Positions 8,779 through 17,735 are shown, counted from the first letter of the stretch. The stretch is 64,000 nucleotides of DNA from an uncultured Gemmatimonadaceae bacterium (GCA_963781585.1 CAWAGQ010000005.1:128001-192000), one strand, 5' to 3'. Notes: generated by a model from the letters alone, not told the origin. A program made the numbers and translations.

Positions 8779-11235
8779 TCAGGGCGCCCGAGTCCACAAT
8801 ACAATCGTCCCGCACGCCGCCCCGGTCCCTCCAAACTGGATGGGCGTATTCGCCGGTCCCGGGTAGATTTCCATCGCCTCGACGCCATTCGGTGCAAAGT
8901 CGTCGATGTTGGGCGGCTTCACCAGCCCGCCCGGTTGAAAAATCACCGCTCCGTCGAGGTAGATCTGGAAATAGCACCGGTTAACGCCATAGGAGCCGTC
9001 CGGAAGCGCCTCTGTTGACAGTCGATCGAGAGTCGACGCGAAAGCTGAGCGGGTGCTCTCGAGAAAGACCGTATTATCAGGCCGGCGCACGAGCCTTACC
9101 CCGGGCACCGAGCGCAGGATGTCGCTCAGGCGCGAGTGCTCGCGTGCGGCGAGTTGCGCCCGGGTGATGAAGTGTCCCCCGGCATTCATCGCGCGCCGCT
9201 CCTCGAACCCCCGCATCTTCGCCGCCACGGCTGTTCCCGTCACCACCACACCGGGCAGTTCCGTCACGTTCGGCGTCAGCACGAACTCGCGCACCGCGTC
9301 CGCCGGCTGCGGCAGCGTCACCCGCGCGAGCACCGGCCGATAACCCACCGCGCGCACCACCACCGTGTATGTCCCCCAGGGCAGCATCGCGAAGGCGAAC
9401 GCGCCGTCGGCCGCCGTCCGCGCCGCACGGGACACGCCGGGCAGCAGCACCTCCGCAGCCACGGCCGGCCGCATGGTAGAGTCGTGCCTCACGACTACCC
9501 GCCCTCGCAGCGTCGTCGCCTTCGCCGCCGTCGCGCTCAACGCCAGCGTCACCTCGACCGCGCTCGCGGTGTCGGCCGCGGCCACGGTGCGGTCCCCGAT
9601 TGCCCCGCCCAGTTCCGCGTGCAGCCGCACGAGGTCCACCCGCGGTGGCCGGCAGAAGGTCACGATCCCGGCCTCGTCGGACTCGGTCTCGATGGTCGAG
9701 TCGCCCACTGACGCACTCACCAGCTCCGTTGCCGCCTGGACGGCGAGCCGCCGCCACGACAGCAACGTTCGCGCCCCGGGGACCGGAGCGTGCGTGAGTG
9801 AGTCGACGACGTACCCGATAATGAGCTGCGGCCGCTCGCCGCGACCGGTCTCGGCACCGCAATAGCGTGCACGTAGCGTCGCCGCACTCGACACCGTCCA
9901 GTTGGCGACCGACTCGCTCCCCCGGGAGAGCACGACCTCCTGCTGCGCTCCGTGCGTACCAAAGCGCACGAGTCGCGGGTCGTCGGTGGCCAGGATGTAG
10001 CGCCCCGCCAGAACACTCCGGAGCCGGTACCGGCCCGCGCTATCGGTCACCGCCTCGGCCACTCCGCCTGCCAGGCTGAGGTGCGCGCTCGACATGGGGA
10101 CCCCGCGCACACTGTCGAACGCCACCCCGGTCAGCGCCGGCAGGTCGGCCGGCGCCTCCCGGCCAGCGGCGAGCGCGGCCCACCCGCCCTCCTCACGGTA
10201 GCCGAGCAGACTGTCGCGGGCAGGCACGGTGAGCGCGCCGACGCGCACCGCGCCCACGCGGCCCAGCCGCGGGAGCCGGATGTACCACTGGCCCACAATC
10301 CACTGGCCGTTAGGCAGGGCTACGAACTCCAGCCGCCCGCCGGCGCGCCCCGCCTCGTTGCGCATGGGCAGGTGCGTGTACGTGTAGTCCAGCCACCGCA
10401 GTTCCGCGCTCGGCTGCTCGACCCAGAGCACCCCGCTCACGTCGCTCACCGTGCGCCCGGGAGCCGGCTCGAAAGCAAGTCCGATCAGCGCGTCGGTCCC
10501 GGCGAGCTCCTTCACGGCGAAGCAGTGGTCCTGCGTGAAGCGGTCCGACAGGAGGAGCCCCGCGTCGGGGGCGAAGAAGGTGAGCGTACCGTCCACGTCG
10601 TGGGCAAAGCCCAGGCGCGAGAGCTCCTCCGGCGGGGCAGTCGCGAACGGCATCCCTCCCGGAATTCCGTGCGAGGAGGTGGTCTCGGCGACCACGCGCA
10701 GCGCCTGGTCGAGGGTGCGCGTGTAGCGCAAGACCTGGATGGGGAGCCCCTGCGGCGCCGAGAGGACCGTGGCGTCGAGCGCCTTGCGCACTTCTGCCCA
10801 CAGCCGGGCCGCCGCCGTGCCCGTCGCCGGATCAAGCCGGCAAGAGCGGCGTGCACGGACGTCAACCTTCTCGAGCGTGAGGGGGCGCGCAACGAGGGCG
10901 AGGCGCACCGCCAGCGGATCGGCCTCCACCACCAGGAGCCCGGAGCTGTCGGCCGCGTAGCCGATGCGCTCGGCGCGGACCCGGACGCGCGCGCCTAACG
11001 TGGCATGCAGCGTGGCGCGTCCCTGTTCGTCGGTGAGCGCGGCGGTGGGCCGCGAGCCGTCGGCGAGCACCAGCGAGGCGATCGCGCCCACGAGTGGCGT
11101 GTCAGACGCCCGGTCCACCACCAGCACGCGAACGCTCTGCGCAAACAGGCCACAGCCCGGTAACCCAACCGTGAGGATGGAGGCGATGAGCCCACATACC
11201 GCGCGGCGCACTAGTCTGACTCGCTGCCGGCGCAT
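8779..11235 (-). CDS. Exported protein with carboxypeptidase-regulatory-like domains and a C-terminal TonB-plug-like domain (no beta-barrel)
   Basis: Signal peptide; TDEQGRA..RIGY, TDSAGRY and ADGAFAF..RAVGY repeats; HFITRAQL..SDILRSVPGV..IYLDG..VEAMEIYPG..CGTIVLWTR end. Confidence 0.82.
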   Translation of the reverse strand: MRRQRVRLVRRAVCGLIASILTVGLPGCGLFAQSVRVLVVDRASDTPLVGAIASLVLADGSRPTAALTDEQGRATLHATLGARVRVRAERIGYAADSSGLLVVEADPLAVRLALVARPLTLEKVDVRARRSCRLDPATGTAAARLWAEVRKALDATVLSAPQGLPIQVLRYTRTLDQALRVVAETTSSHGIPGGMPFATAPPEELSRLGFAHDVDGTLTFFAPDAGLLLSDRFTQDHCFAVKELAGTDALIGLAFEPAPGRTVSDVSGVLWVEQPSAELRWLDYTYTHLPMRNEAGRAGGRLEFVALPNGQWIVGQWYIRLPRLGRVGAVRVGALTVPARDSLLGYREEGGWAALAAGREAPADLPALTGVAFDSVRGVPMSSAHLSLAGGVAEAVTDSAGRYRLRSVLAGRYILATDDPRLVRFGTHGAQQEVVLSRGSESVANWTVSSAATLRARYCGAETGRGERPQLIIGYVVDSLTHAPVPGARTLLSWRRLAVQAATELVSASVGDSTIETESDEAGIVTFCRPPRVDLVRLHAELGGAIGDRTVAAADTASAVEVTLALSATAAKATTLRGRVVVRHDSTMRPAVAAEVLLPGVSRAARTAADGAFAFAMLPWGTYTVVVRAVGYRPVLARVTLPQPADAVREFVLTPNVTELPGVVVTGTAVAAKMRGFEERRAMNAGGHFITRAQLAAREHSRLSDILRSVPGVRLVRRPDNTVFLESTRSAFASTLDRLSTEALPDGSYGVNRCYFQIYLDGAVIFQPGGLVKPPNIDDFAPNGVEAMEIYPGPANTPIQFGGTGAACGTIVLWTRAP

Positions 11236-11323
11236 GGTGAATAGCCCCTCCGTTCGACCGCCTGGCTGTCCCTCATCAGGGCGCGCTGCTTGCTGATGTG
11301 TGCTTCTGACCCCGGCCACCGGC

Positions 11324-12037
11324 TTATGGCCATTCCTTGTGGCGCCGTGCTGGCTGGGTTCCGAACGGCGCCTTCCCCTCGAGGAACTCCGTAATCACAT
11401 GCTCGAGCTCGGTCGAATCCGGAATGGACCAGTAGCGCCAGCCATTCAGCACGATAGTCGGCGTTCCGCGAACGCCGACCTTCTTTCCAAGAGCCAGCCC
11501 TGCAGCGATCCTTGGGACCGCAGCAGTGTCCGCGGCACAGCGTGCAAATTGCACGGTATCCTTAACGCCAGCGGCCGCAGCAAATGATGCCCAGGACTTG
11601 AGTCCGAGAGAATCTTGCTTCTCGTACAGAAGATCATGAAGTGCGCCAAACCTGCCAAACCTCTCAGCACACTCAGCGGCGCGGGCCGCGGGTTTCGCGA
11701 AGCGATGCTGCGGAAGTGGGAAATGTACCAGATAGACTCCGAAGTCTGCACCGAACCGTCGCCGCAAGCCCTTGGTTTGCTGGTAAAACAGCCTGCAGGC
11801 CGGACACTCCAAATCGGCAAACTCAACCAACTTAACCTTGGCACCAGGGCTGTAAACGGGAACCGCAACTCGCAGCATTTCGTCCCACTCTTTCACATAC
11901 TCAGGCGGGCGCTCCGAGTCCTGTAGTGGGTTCCTCGGAGCGCTCCCTCCAAACTCTCTGTGGAGAAGCGCAACCGCTACTGCGACCGCGGCAACGACCA
12001 GTGCGCCTGTCGCGAACGAGTCAAACGCCGATGCCAT
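11324..12037 (-). CDS. DsbA-family disulfide oxidoreductase no. 2
   Basis: TM anchor, FADLECPAC, VHFP, GVRGTPT, second Cys pair (AECAE..FARCA). Confidence 0.92.
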   Translation of the reverse strand: MASAFDSFATGALVVAAVAVAVALLHREFGGSAPRNPLQDSERPPEYVKEWDEMLRVAVPVYSPGAKVKLVEFADLECPACRLFYQQTKGLRRRFGADFGVYLVHFPLPQHRFAKPAARAAECAERFGRFGALHDLLYEKQDSLGLKSWASFAAAAGVKDTVQFARCAADTAAVPRIAAGLALGKKVGVRGTPTIVLNGWRYWSIPDSTELEHVITEFLEGKAPFGTQPARRHKEWP

Positions 12038-12106
12038 GGGACACGATCAGCACTGCATGAGTCTCATTGAATGGTCGCCGAGCGCGCGAATAGCTGATTC
12101 GGCCAG

Positions 12107-12358
12107 TCACGGATATTGACACGAAATGGTCGGACCAGGCGACGAGCACTGGGCGTCGAACGCGCAGCCATCCATCCCGGGACTTCCCAGACACACTTGC
12201 TGGCAGTATGCATCACCCTCCGCCTGCTCAGGGCACATGATCAGGGGCCAGCACCCGAAACAGTTCGAAAATGCCACCGCTGGCTTGGGCGTCAAGAGCC
12301 CGACGGCGCCAACCGCGATGACGGTCGTCGCAATCATCCGAAATGTACGGTGGACCAT
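12107..12358 (-). CDS. Small secreted cysteine-rich peptide no. 2 (83 aa, 8 Cys)
   Basis: AAGGAGGT RBS; signal peptide ending PAVA; mature part C-X2-C-X5-C-X9-C-X3-C-X8-C-X5-C-X8-C. Confidence 0.82.
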   Translation of the reverse strand: MVHRTFRMIATTVIAVGAVGLLTPKPAVAFSNCFGCWPLIMCPEQAEGDAYCQQVCLGSPGMDGCAFDAQCSSPGPTISCQYP

Positions 12359-12489
12359 TGTTACCTCCTTGCGAATTGTGATCCTTTCCATCAGTCGGCG
12401 CATTGCGCATGGGTGCTGGCGGTCACGGCAGAAGGCACGGGCGCATCAGAAAGGATGCTCCATTGTGAGTCACATCACGCTGCTGCGCC

Positions 12490-12506
12490 ATGGATCAATG
12501 ATCTAC
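12490..12506. promoter_or_regulatory. Imperfect inverted repeat ATGGATC-AAT-GATCTAC upstream of peptide 2 (candidate operator)
   Basis: Matches the 7271-7287 palindrome. Confidence 0.38.
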
Positions 12507-12518
12507 GCCGACAGCACG

Positions 12519-12712
12519 ATCCTTCAAAGCACGGCAGTCCCAGAACGCGGTCCGGTCTCTCCGCCAATGCCGCGCGGCTTCCCGTCCGTCGCTCCAACCC
12601 TCCTGTGCGACCAACGCGGTGCTCTCAGCCCGGTCGCACCCACAGGCTATCGGCAGTTGTGTTACACCAGGTTACGCACTGCGCTGTCGCCTGGCACGAG
12701 GCGACGCAAATC
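12519..12712 (-). promoter_or_regulatory. Third, more diverged copy of the cassette leader/promoter region
   Basis: gcagttgtgttacaccaggttacg..cgaggcgacgc aligns with gcagttgcaatacaccatgttacg..cgaggcgacgc (8270-8323) and with 13526-13580. Confidence 0.6.
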
Positions 12713-12761
12713 CGCCCATCACGCGGTCCTGGACGATCACCTCAGTCTCCCTCCTGGCCCT

Positions 12762-13140
12762 CTACTCATCCACCACCGTCTGCCCCTGCCTGCCGAACAC
12801 GAGCATCCCGCCCTGGAACGATGATCATCGCGCCTAACGCTGTGAGGGCCGTGAAGCGCTCGCCGAACAGCAGCACCGCCCAGGCCACCGCGAACACGAT
12901 CTGCAGAATCCCCGCCGTGGTCGCCCGCGCGGTGCGCTCGATCTGCAGTCCGCGCGTCATGTACATCTGCGCCAGCTGAGTCGCGCACCCCGCCCCGATC
13001 AGCAGCGTCCACTCCACCATGCCGGGCATCCGCCAGTGCAGCGCCACAAACGGCAGCGCCATCGGGATCTGCACCAGCGGCAGGTAGAAGACCACCACCA
13101 TGGGGTGCTCGACCTCGAGCCGGCGGATGGTGGCATACGC
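12762..13140 (-). pseudogene. Duplicated 3' portion of the DMT/EamA transporter gene
   Basis: YATIRRLEVEHPMVVVFYLPLVQIPMALPF..; close DNA match to 14476-14857; no 5' half; frameshift near the end. Confidence 0.92.
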
Positions 13141-13378
13141 GCGCAGAAATCGACGCCCCGTCCAGCAGGAGCAACACCGATCCTGCTTCATCCGGCTCGA
13201 CCGGCGTTGCCGATCTGCGCGAGGCGGGACTCACCGGAACCTGAACGACTGGCGCGATGACCCGGGCTATGGCCTCTGCATCGAGCAACAGCCCACTCAG
13301 TACCACCACGCGACTGGCGCGAAATGGCGGAGCCCGGCTGGCGGCTTGCGACGGACCGTCCTGGCCCCTGAGCACCAT
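13138..13378 (-). pseudogene. Truncated 5' part of the luxR-type regulator, fused to the DMT fragment
   Basis: RAPPFRASRVVVLSGLLLDAEAIARVIAP.. is identical to the 7437 gene, then switches to DMT sequence at cgcgcg. Confidence 0.9.
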
Positions 13379-13599
13379 AGGCCTCCTTCGGGAGCTCGCC
13401 GAAACCCAGACCCATGGCGTGCCGCGGCGTGTCCCCGGATCGCAACCCTCGCTCGATCCTTCGGCTACATCTCTCCCGTGCAGCCAAGTTGGGGTGTCCT
13501 GCCCGCACGCACCGACACGCTATGTGCAGTTGCGATACGCCATGTTACATCGAGCCGGATATCCAGGGGCGAGGCGACACGATCGGCCACGCAGCCGAG

Positions 13600-13732
13600 C
13601 GAGCAGCAGCGCGATTCCGCTGCTCAGCTGGTGGCGATGCTCACGGCGCTCGTGGATCTCGATCGGGCTCACCGTCTACGGGCCGACGCCTCCACTGCAC
13701 AGCGGGCAATACACAACTGGGCGCGTAGTCCG
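13600..13732 (+). pseudogene. Decayed fragment of the M20 peptidase gene (copy 2)
   Basis: ggcgatgctcacggcgctcg matches 3631-3650 with one mismatch; LTVYGPTPPLHSGQY..NWA matches 3851-3928. Confidence 0.78.
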
Positions 13733-13733
13733 A

Positions 13734-14174
13734 CTACCCCCCGCTCAGCGGATTGACCACCCGAAGAAACGGGAATTGATGGAAGTCGGTGTCGGCGGTG
13801 CGTACTTCCGAAAGTCCGTGCTCGAGCATCAACGCCGCGGTGTGCAGATCGTGCACGGGATTCCCCGCGAGCCGCGGATGCCGCCCCGCAAGCTCGCGCA
13901 CGACCTCGGGATGACGTTCGGTTTCCGTGAGGATCCGGCAGCTGGGGCTCGCTCGCACGGCTGATACCCATAACCAGGCCTGCTCGAGGGAGAGCGGCCG
14001 GTCGAATACCGCGCGGTGCGTACTGACGCGGAGGAATTCGTAGATCACGCCCCAGGTGAGGAACCACAATACGTTGCCGCGTCGGTAACGCTCCACTTCG
14101 GCCAGCGCGACCTCGTGCTCGGGGGAGTCGGGGTTGATCGCGTAGAGGAGGATGTTCGTATCGACGAGGAACAC
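13734..14174 (-). CDS. vapC: PIN-domain VapC toxin
   Basis: VDTNILLYA, YEFLR, HDLHTAA and TADTDF acidic PIN motifs. Confidence 0.93.
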   Translation of the reverse strand: MFLVDTNILLYAINPDSPEHEVALAEVERYRRGNVLWFLTWGVIYEFLRVSTHRAVFDRPLSLEQAWLWVSAVRASPSCRILTETERHPEVVRELAGRHPRLAGNPVHDLHTAALMLEHGLSEVRTADTDFHQFPFLRVVNPLSGG

Positions 14175-14177
14175 CGG

Positions 14178-14408
14178 CTACCGGCCCTCCATCGCCCGGT
14201 ACAGCACATCCCGGTCGGCGAGGTCCACTCGGGGTGCGCCCATAGAGTAGACGGCGAGGGGCTCCTGCGCCGCTGGCGCCGCGTCTGTCCCGTCCAGTCC
14301 TCTGCGCAGCGTCTCGGCCACAACAGCGGAGAGCGTCTCCCGGCGGCGAGCGGCTCGGCGCTTCAGCTCGCGGAACAGCTGGTCAGGAATGATGAGAGTC
14401 GTCTTCAT
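14178..14408 (-). CDS. vapB: Ribbon-helix-helix antitoxin
   Basis: MKTTLIIPDQLFRELKRRAA..LSAVVAETLRRGL; 3 bp upstream of vapC. Confidence 0.88.
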   Translation of the reverse strand: MKTTLIIPDQLFRELKRRAARRRETLSAVVAETLRRGLDGTDAAPAAQEPLAVYSMGAPRVDLADRDVLYRAMEGR

Positions 14409-14475
14409 AGGAATAATCATACTGTCAGTAGGACTATACGGAAAGCGCCGCGCCTGGTGCGTCTGGGCTCTGTCG

Positions 14476-15387
14476 CTACTCCTCCATCGTCACCGCCTGC
14501 TGCCTGACGAGCACCAGCATGCTCGCGCCGGCCACGATCGTCACCGCGCCGGCCACCGTCCATAGCGTGAACCGCTCGCCGAAGAGCAGCACCGCCCACG
14601 CCGCCGCGAAGACGATCTGCAGATAGCCGGTCGTGGTGGCGCGCGCGGTGCGCTCGATCTGCAGCCCGCGCGTCATGTACATCTGCGCGAGCTGGGTCGC
14701 GCACCCCGGCGCCGATCAGGAGCGCCCACTCCACCAAGCCAGGCATGCGCCAGTGCAGCGCCACGAACGGCAGCGCCATCGGGATCTGCACCAGCGGCAG
14801 GTAGAAGACCACCACCATGGGGTGCTCGACCTCGAGCCGGCGGATGGTCGCGTACGCCGCGCCGCTGCACGCGGCCCCGCCGAGCGCAATGAGGGCCCAG
14901 ACCGGCGGAATGCCGCTCGACGCACCGCCGAACAGCAACGCCGGCCGGGTGACGAGCAGCACCCCGATCAGCGACGTCGCCAGCGCCAGCAACTCGCGCT
15001 TCCCGATGTGTTCGTGGTACCAGAGCGACGCCAGAATGATCGCGAATACCGGATTGGTGTACTGGATCAGCGTTGCCTCGCCTAACGGGAGATGGGTGAG
15101 CGAGAAGATGAAGCAGGCCAGGGCCAGCGACCCCAGATGCCCCGCAGGACGAGCAGCCGCCGCTGGACGCCGAAGATCGCCCGCCCCCGCACCGCCCGGC
15201 GCAGCAGCACCAGGTAACTCAGGCCCAGCGTCACCAGCCCGCGATACAGCACGATGTCCATGCTCGGCACGGTGCGCCCGGCGAGCTTCACCAGCACGCT
15301 CATCACGCTGAACCAGAACGCGCCGATCGCCATGTAGCGGATGCCCGACGGGACGTCGGCGACCGCGTGCGTGATGGTGCGGGTCAT
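14476..15387 (-). CDS. DMT/EamA family transporter; frameshifts near 15137 and 14710
   Basis: Multiple TM helices; LPLGEATLIQYTNPVF and LQIVFAAAWAVLLFGE motifs across three frames. Confidence 0.88.
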
Positions 15388-15580
15388 CGACTCCAGCGGC
15401 GCCACCAGCAACGTCACGCGGCCCACCGCCGGCCGGTCGCGGCGCGGCGTGTCGGCCTCGGGATGTCCGGAGCGGGTTCGGCCATCAAGCGCGCTCGCGC
15501 CACGTCACCGGCGGGTGACCGCGACGCCGACAGTCGTACCGCGGACTTGCTGCCACGGCAAACGGAGCGAACAGTCGATC

Positions 15581-17626
15581 TCACGCATTCGGCTGCTGGT
15601 CTCCCGCATCGGCCGACGCCGCCATCACGCCGCCGGCCGGCGTCGGAACCGGCGCGCGCAGTCGCGCCGCCGCCTTCTCGAGCGACCGCGGCTCACCCAC
15701 CAGCACCACTTCGTCGCGCGGCTGGAGCTGCGTGTCGTCGTCCACGTCGTAGCGCACGACCCCGTCGCGGATGATCGCCACCGCGCTCACGCCCGCCGGG
15801 CGGCGCAGCTCGAGGGCGCCTAGCGATCCACCGGCCGCCTGCGTCCCGGCGGCGACCGGCACCGTCTTCAGCTCGACGCGCGACGCGAACGGCGAGAGGA
15901 AGCCGTCGACCCGCGTGAAGTTCGTCCCCCGCTCGCGCAGCAACTCGTAATGATGGCGCCGCGCCTCCTCGGCCTGCTCGCGGATGCTGCTCTCGGGCAC
16001 GCTGAAGCGGCGGAGCACACGCGCGAAGATCTCGAGCGACGTCTCGAACTCCTCGGGCACCACCTCGTTCGCGCCCAGCGTGTACAGCTCCTCGATGTCG
16101 GCCACATAACGCGTGCGGGCCACGATGTGGACGCGCGGGTTGAGATGCCGCGCCACCACGATCCCCCGCTTCTCGTCCTGGTGCGACGCGATGGCGAAGA
16201 CCAGGACCCGCGCCCGCCGAATCCCCACGCGCTCCAGCACCTCGCCCCGCGTTCCGTCGCCGAAGAAGATCGGCTCGCGGTCCAGCCGCGCCTGCCGCAC
16301 GACCTGCCCGTTCGACTCGAGCACCGCGTATGAGATCCCCGCGCTCCGCAGCGCGCGGGTGAGGTTCCGGCCGTTGAGCCCGTAGCCGATGATCAGCACA
16401 TGGTCCTGAAGCGGACTCGCCGCCGCACCTCGCGGGTGGCGAACTCCATCGTGGGCAACCGGCGGAACGAAAGAATCCACTCGGCGATCGAAGGCGCGGC
16501 ATCCACCAAGAACGGCGCCGCCAGCATGGTCACGACCGCGGCGCCGAGGAAGACCTGATACTCCTCGCTGCCCATCAGTCCGAGCGTGAGGGCCACCGAC
16601 GCCAGCACGAACGAGAACTCGCCCACCTGCGCCAGCCCGAGGCCGGCGATGAGCCCCACGCGCGACGACCGGCGCACGCCGCGCACCACGCCGTAGCCGG
16701 CGGCCGCCTTGAGCACCACCACGCCTGACGCAACTCCGGTCACCAGCAGGGCGTGCGATGCGAAGAAGCGCACGTCGAGCAGCATCCCGACCGAGGTGAA
16801 GAAGATCCCGCTGAACGTGTCGCGGAACGGCAGCACATCGGACAGGGCCTGCAGGCCGTACTCCGACTCGGCGATGATCAGTCCGGCCAGGAACGCACCG
16901 AGGGCCAGGGAGAGGCCGAAGAACGAGGTCAGGAAGGCCGCACCGAGTCCGATGCCGAGCACGCAGAGCGTGAAGATCTCCTGATTGCGCAGCGTCGCGA
17001 CGCGTTCCAGCGCCTTCGGTACCAGCACCCGGCCGGCCAGGACCATGCCGCCGGTGACGGCGATGGTCACCGCGACCGCCCGCACCACGGCGAACCATCC
17101 CTGCTGGGTCCCGGCCAGGAGCGGGAGGAGCACCATCAGCGGCACCACACACAGATCCTGGAAAAGCAGGATCGCCACCACCACGCGCCCGTGCGTGGAG
17201 TCGAGTTCGCCCCGGTCAGCGTAGATCTTGAGGATGATTGCCGTGGACGACAGGGCGATCAGCGCGCCCCAGAGCACCGCGTGATTCACCGGCTCGTGCA
17301 CCGCGACGGCGACCAGCGCGACGATCAGGATGGTCGCGCCCATCTGGATCGCGCCGCCGCGCAGCACGTACTTGCCGAGCCTGACGATGCGCGAGAGCGA
17401 CAGCTCGAGACCGACCGCGAACAGCAGCAGCACCGCTCCGACCTGCGCGAGCTTGTCTACCGTCTCGAGGTCACGGATCAGTCCCAGCGCATGAGGACCG
17501 ATCACGATCCCGGTGAGCAGGAAGCCCACCAGCGTGGGCACCTTCAGCCGGTGCGCGGCGATGACGACCGGGATCGCGACCGCGACCAGGATGACGAGGT
17601 CGCGGAGGAGGGGGATGCTGCTCCAT
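15581..17626 (-). CDS. CPA2 cation:proton antiporter (KefC/YbaL-like) with TrkA-N and TrkA-C domains; frameshifts near 17620 and 16420
   Basis: LFAVGLELS, LSSTAII, LLFQD, LGAFLAG and LAQVGEFSFVL; HVLIIGYGLNG Rossmann motif; EVVPEEFETS. Confidence 0.92.
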
Positions 17627-17633
17627 GCGGGAA

Positions 17634-17735
17634 AGCTATCAGCAGACAGGCCGACAGCTAACAAGTAGAGCGGGCAGCTATCAGCGGACAGACCGACAGC
17701 TGACAAATAGAGCGGTCAGCCACCAGCGGTCAGCA
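17634..17735. repeat. Two ~43 bp direct repeats built largely of GCNRNCA-like heptamers
   Basis: agctatcagcagacaggccgacagctaacaagtagagcgggc and agctatcagcggacagaccgacagctgacaaatagagcggtc. Confidence 0.8.

Larger units (their letters stand above)
13138..13748. repeat. ~600 bp dispersed direct repeat, copy 2
   Basis: Aligns with 7884-8490. Confidence 0.92.

Noticed and set aside
6833..12358. Peptides as lanthipeptide, ranthipeptide or sactipeptide precursors
   Set aside because: No LanB/C/M, radical SAM, YcaO or peptidase-ABC transporter gene is nearby; Sec-type signals and DsbA point to disulfides.
4736..14408. Prophage, ICE or integron as the island's vehicle
   Set aside because: No integrase, transposase, phage gene, tRNA target or convincing attC-like site was seen.
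17634..17735. CRISPR array
   Set aside because: Two contiguous degenerate units made of heptamers, with no unique spacers.
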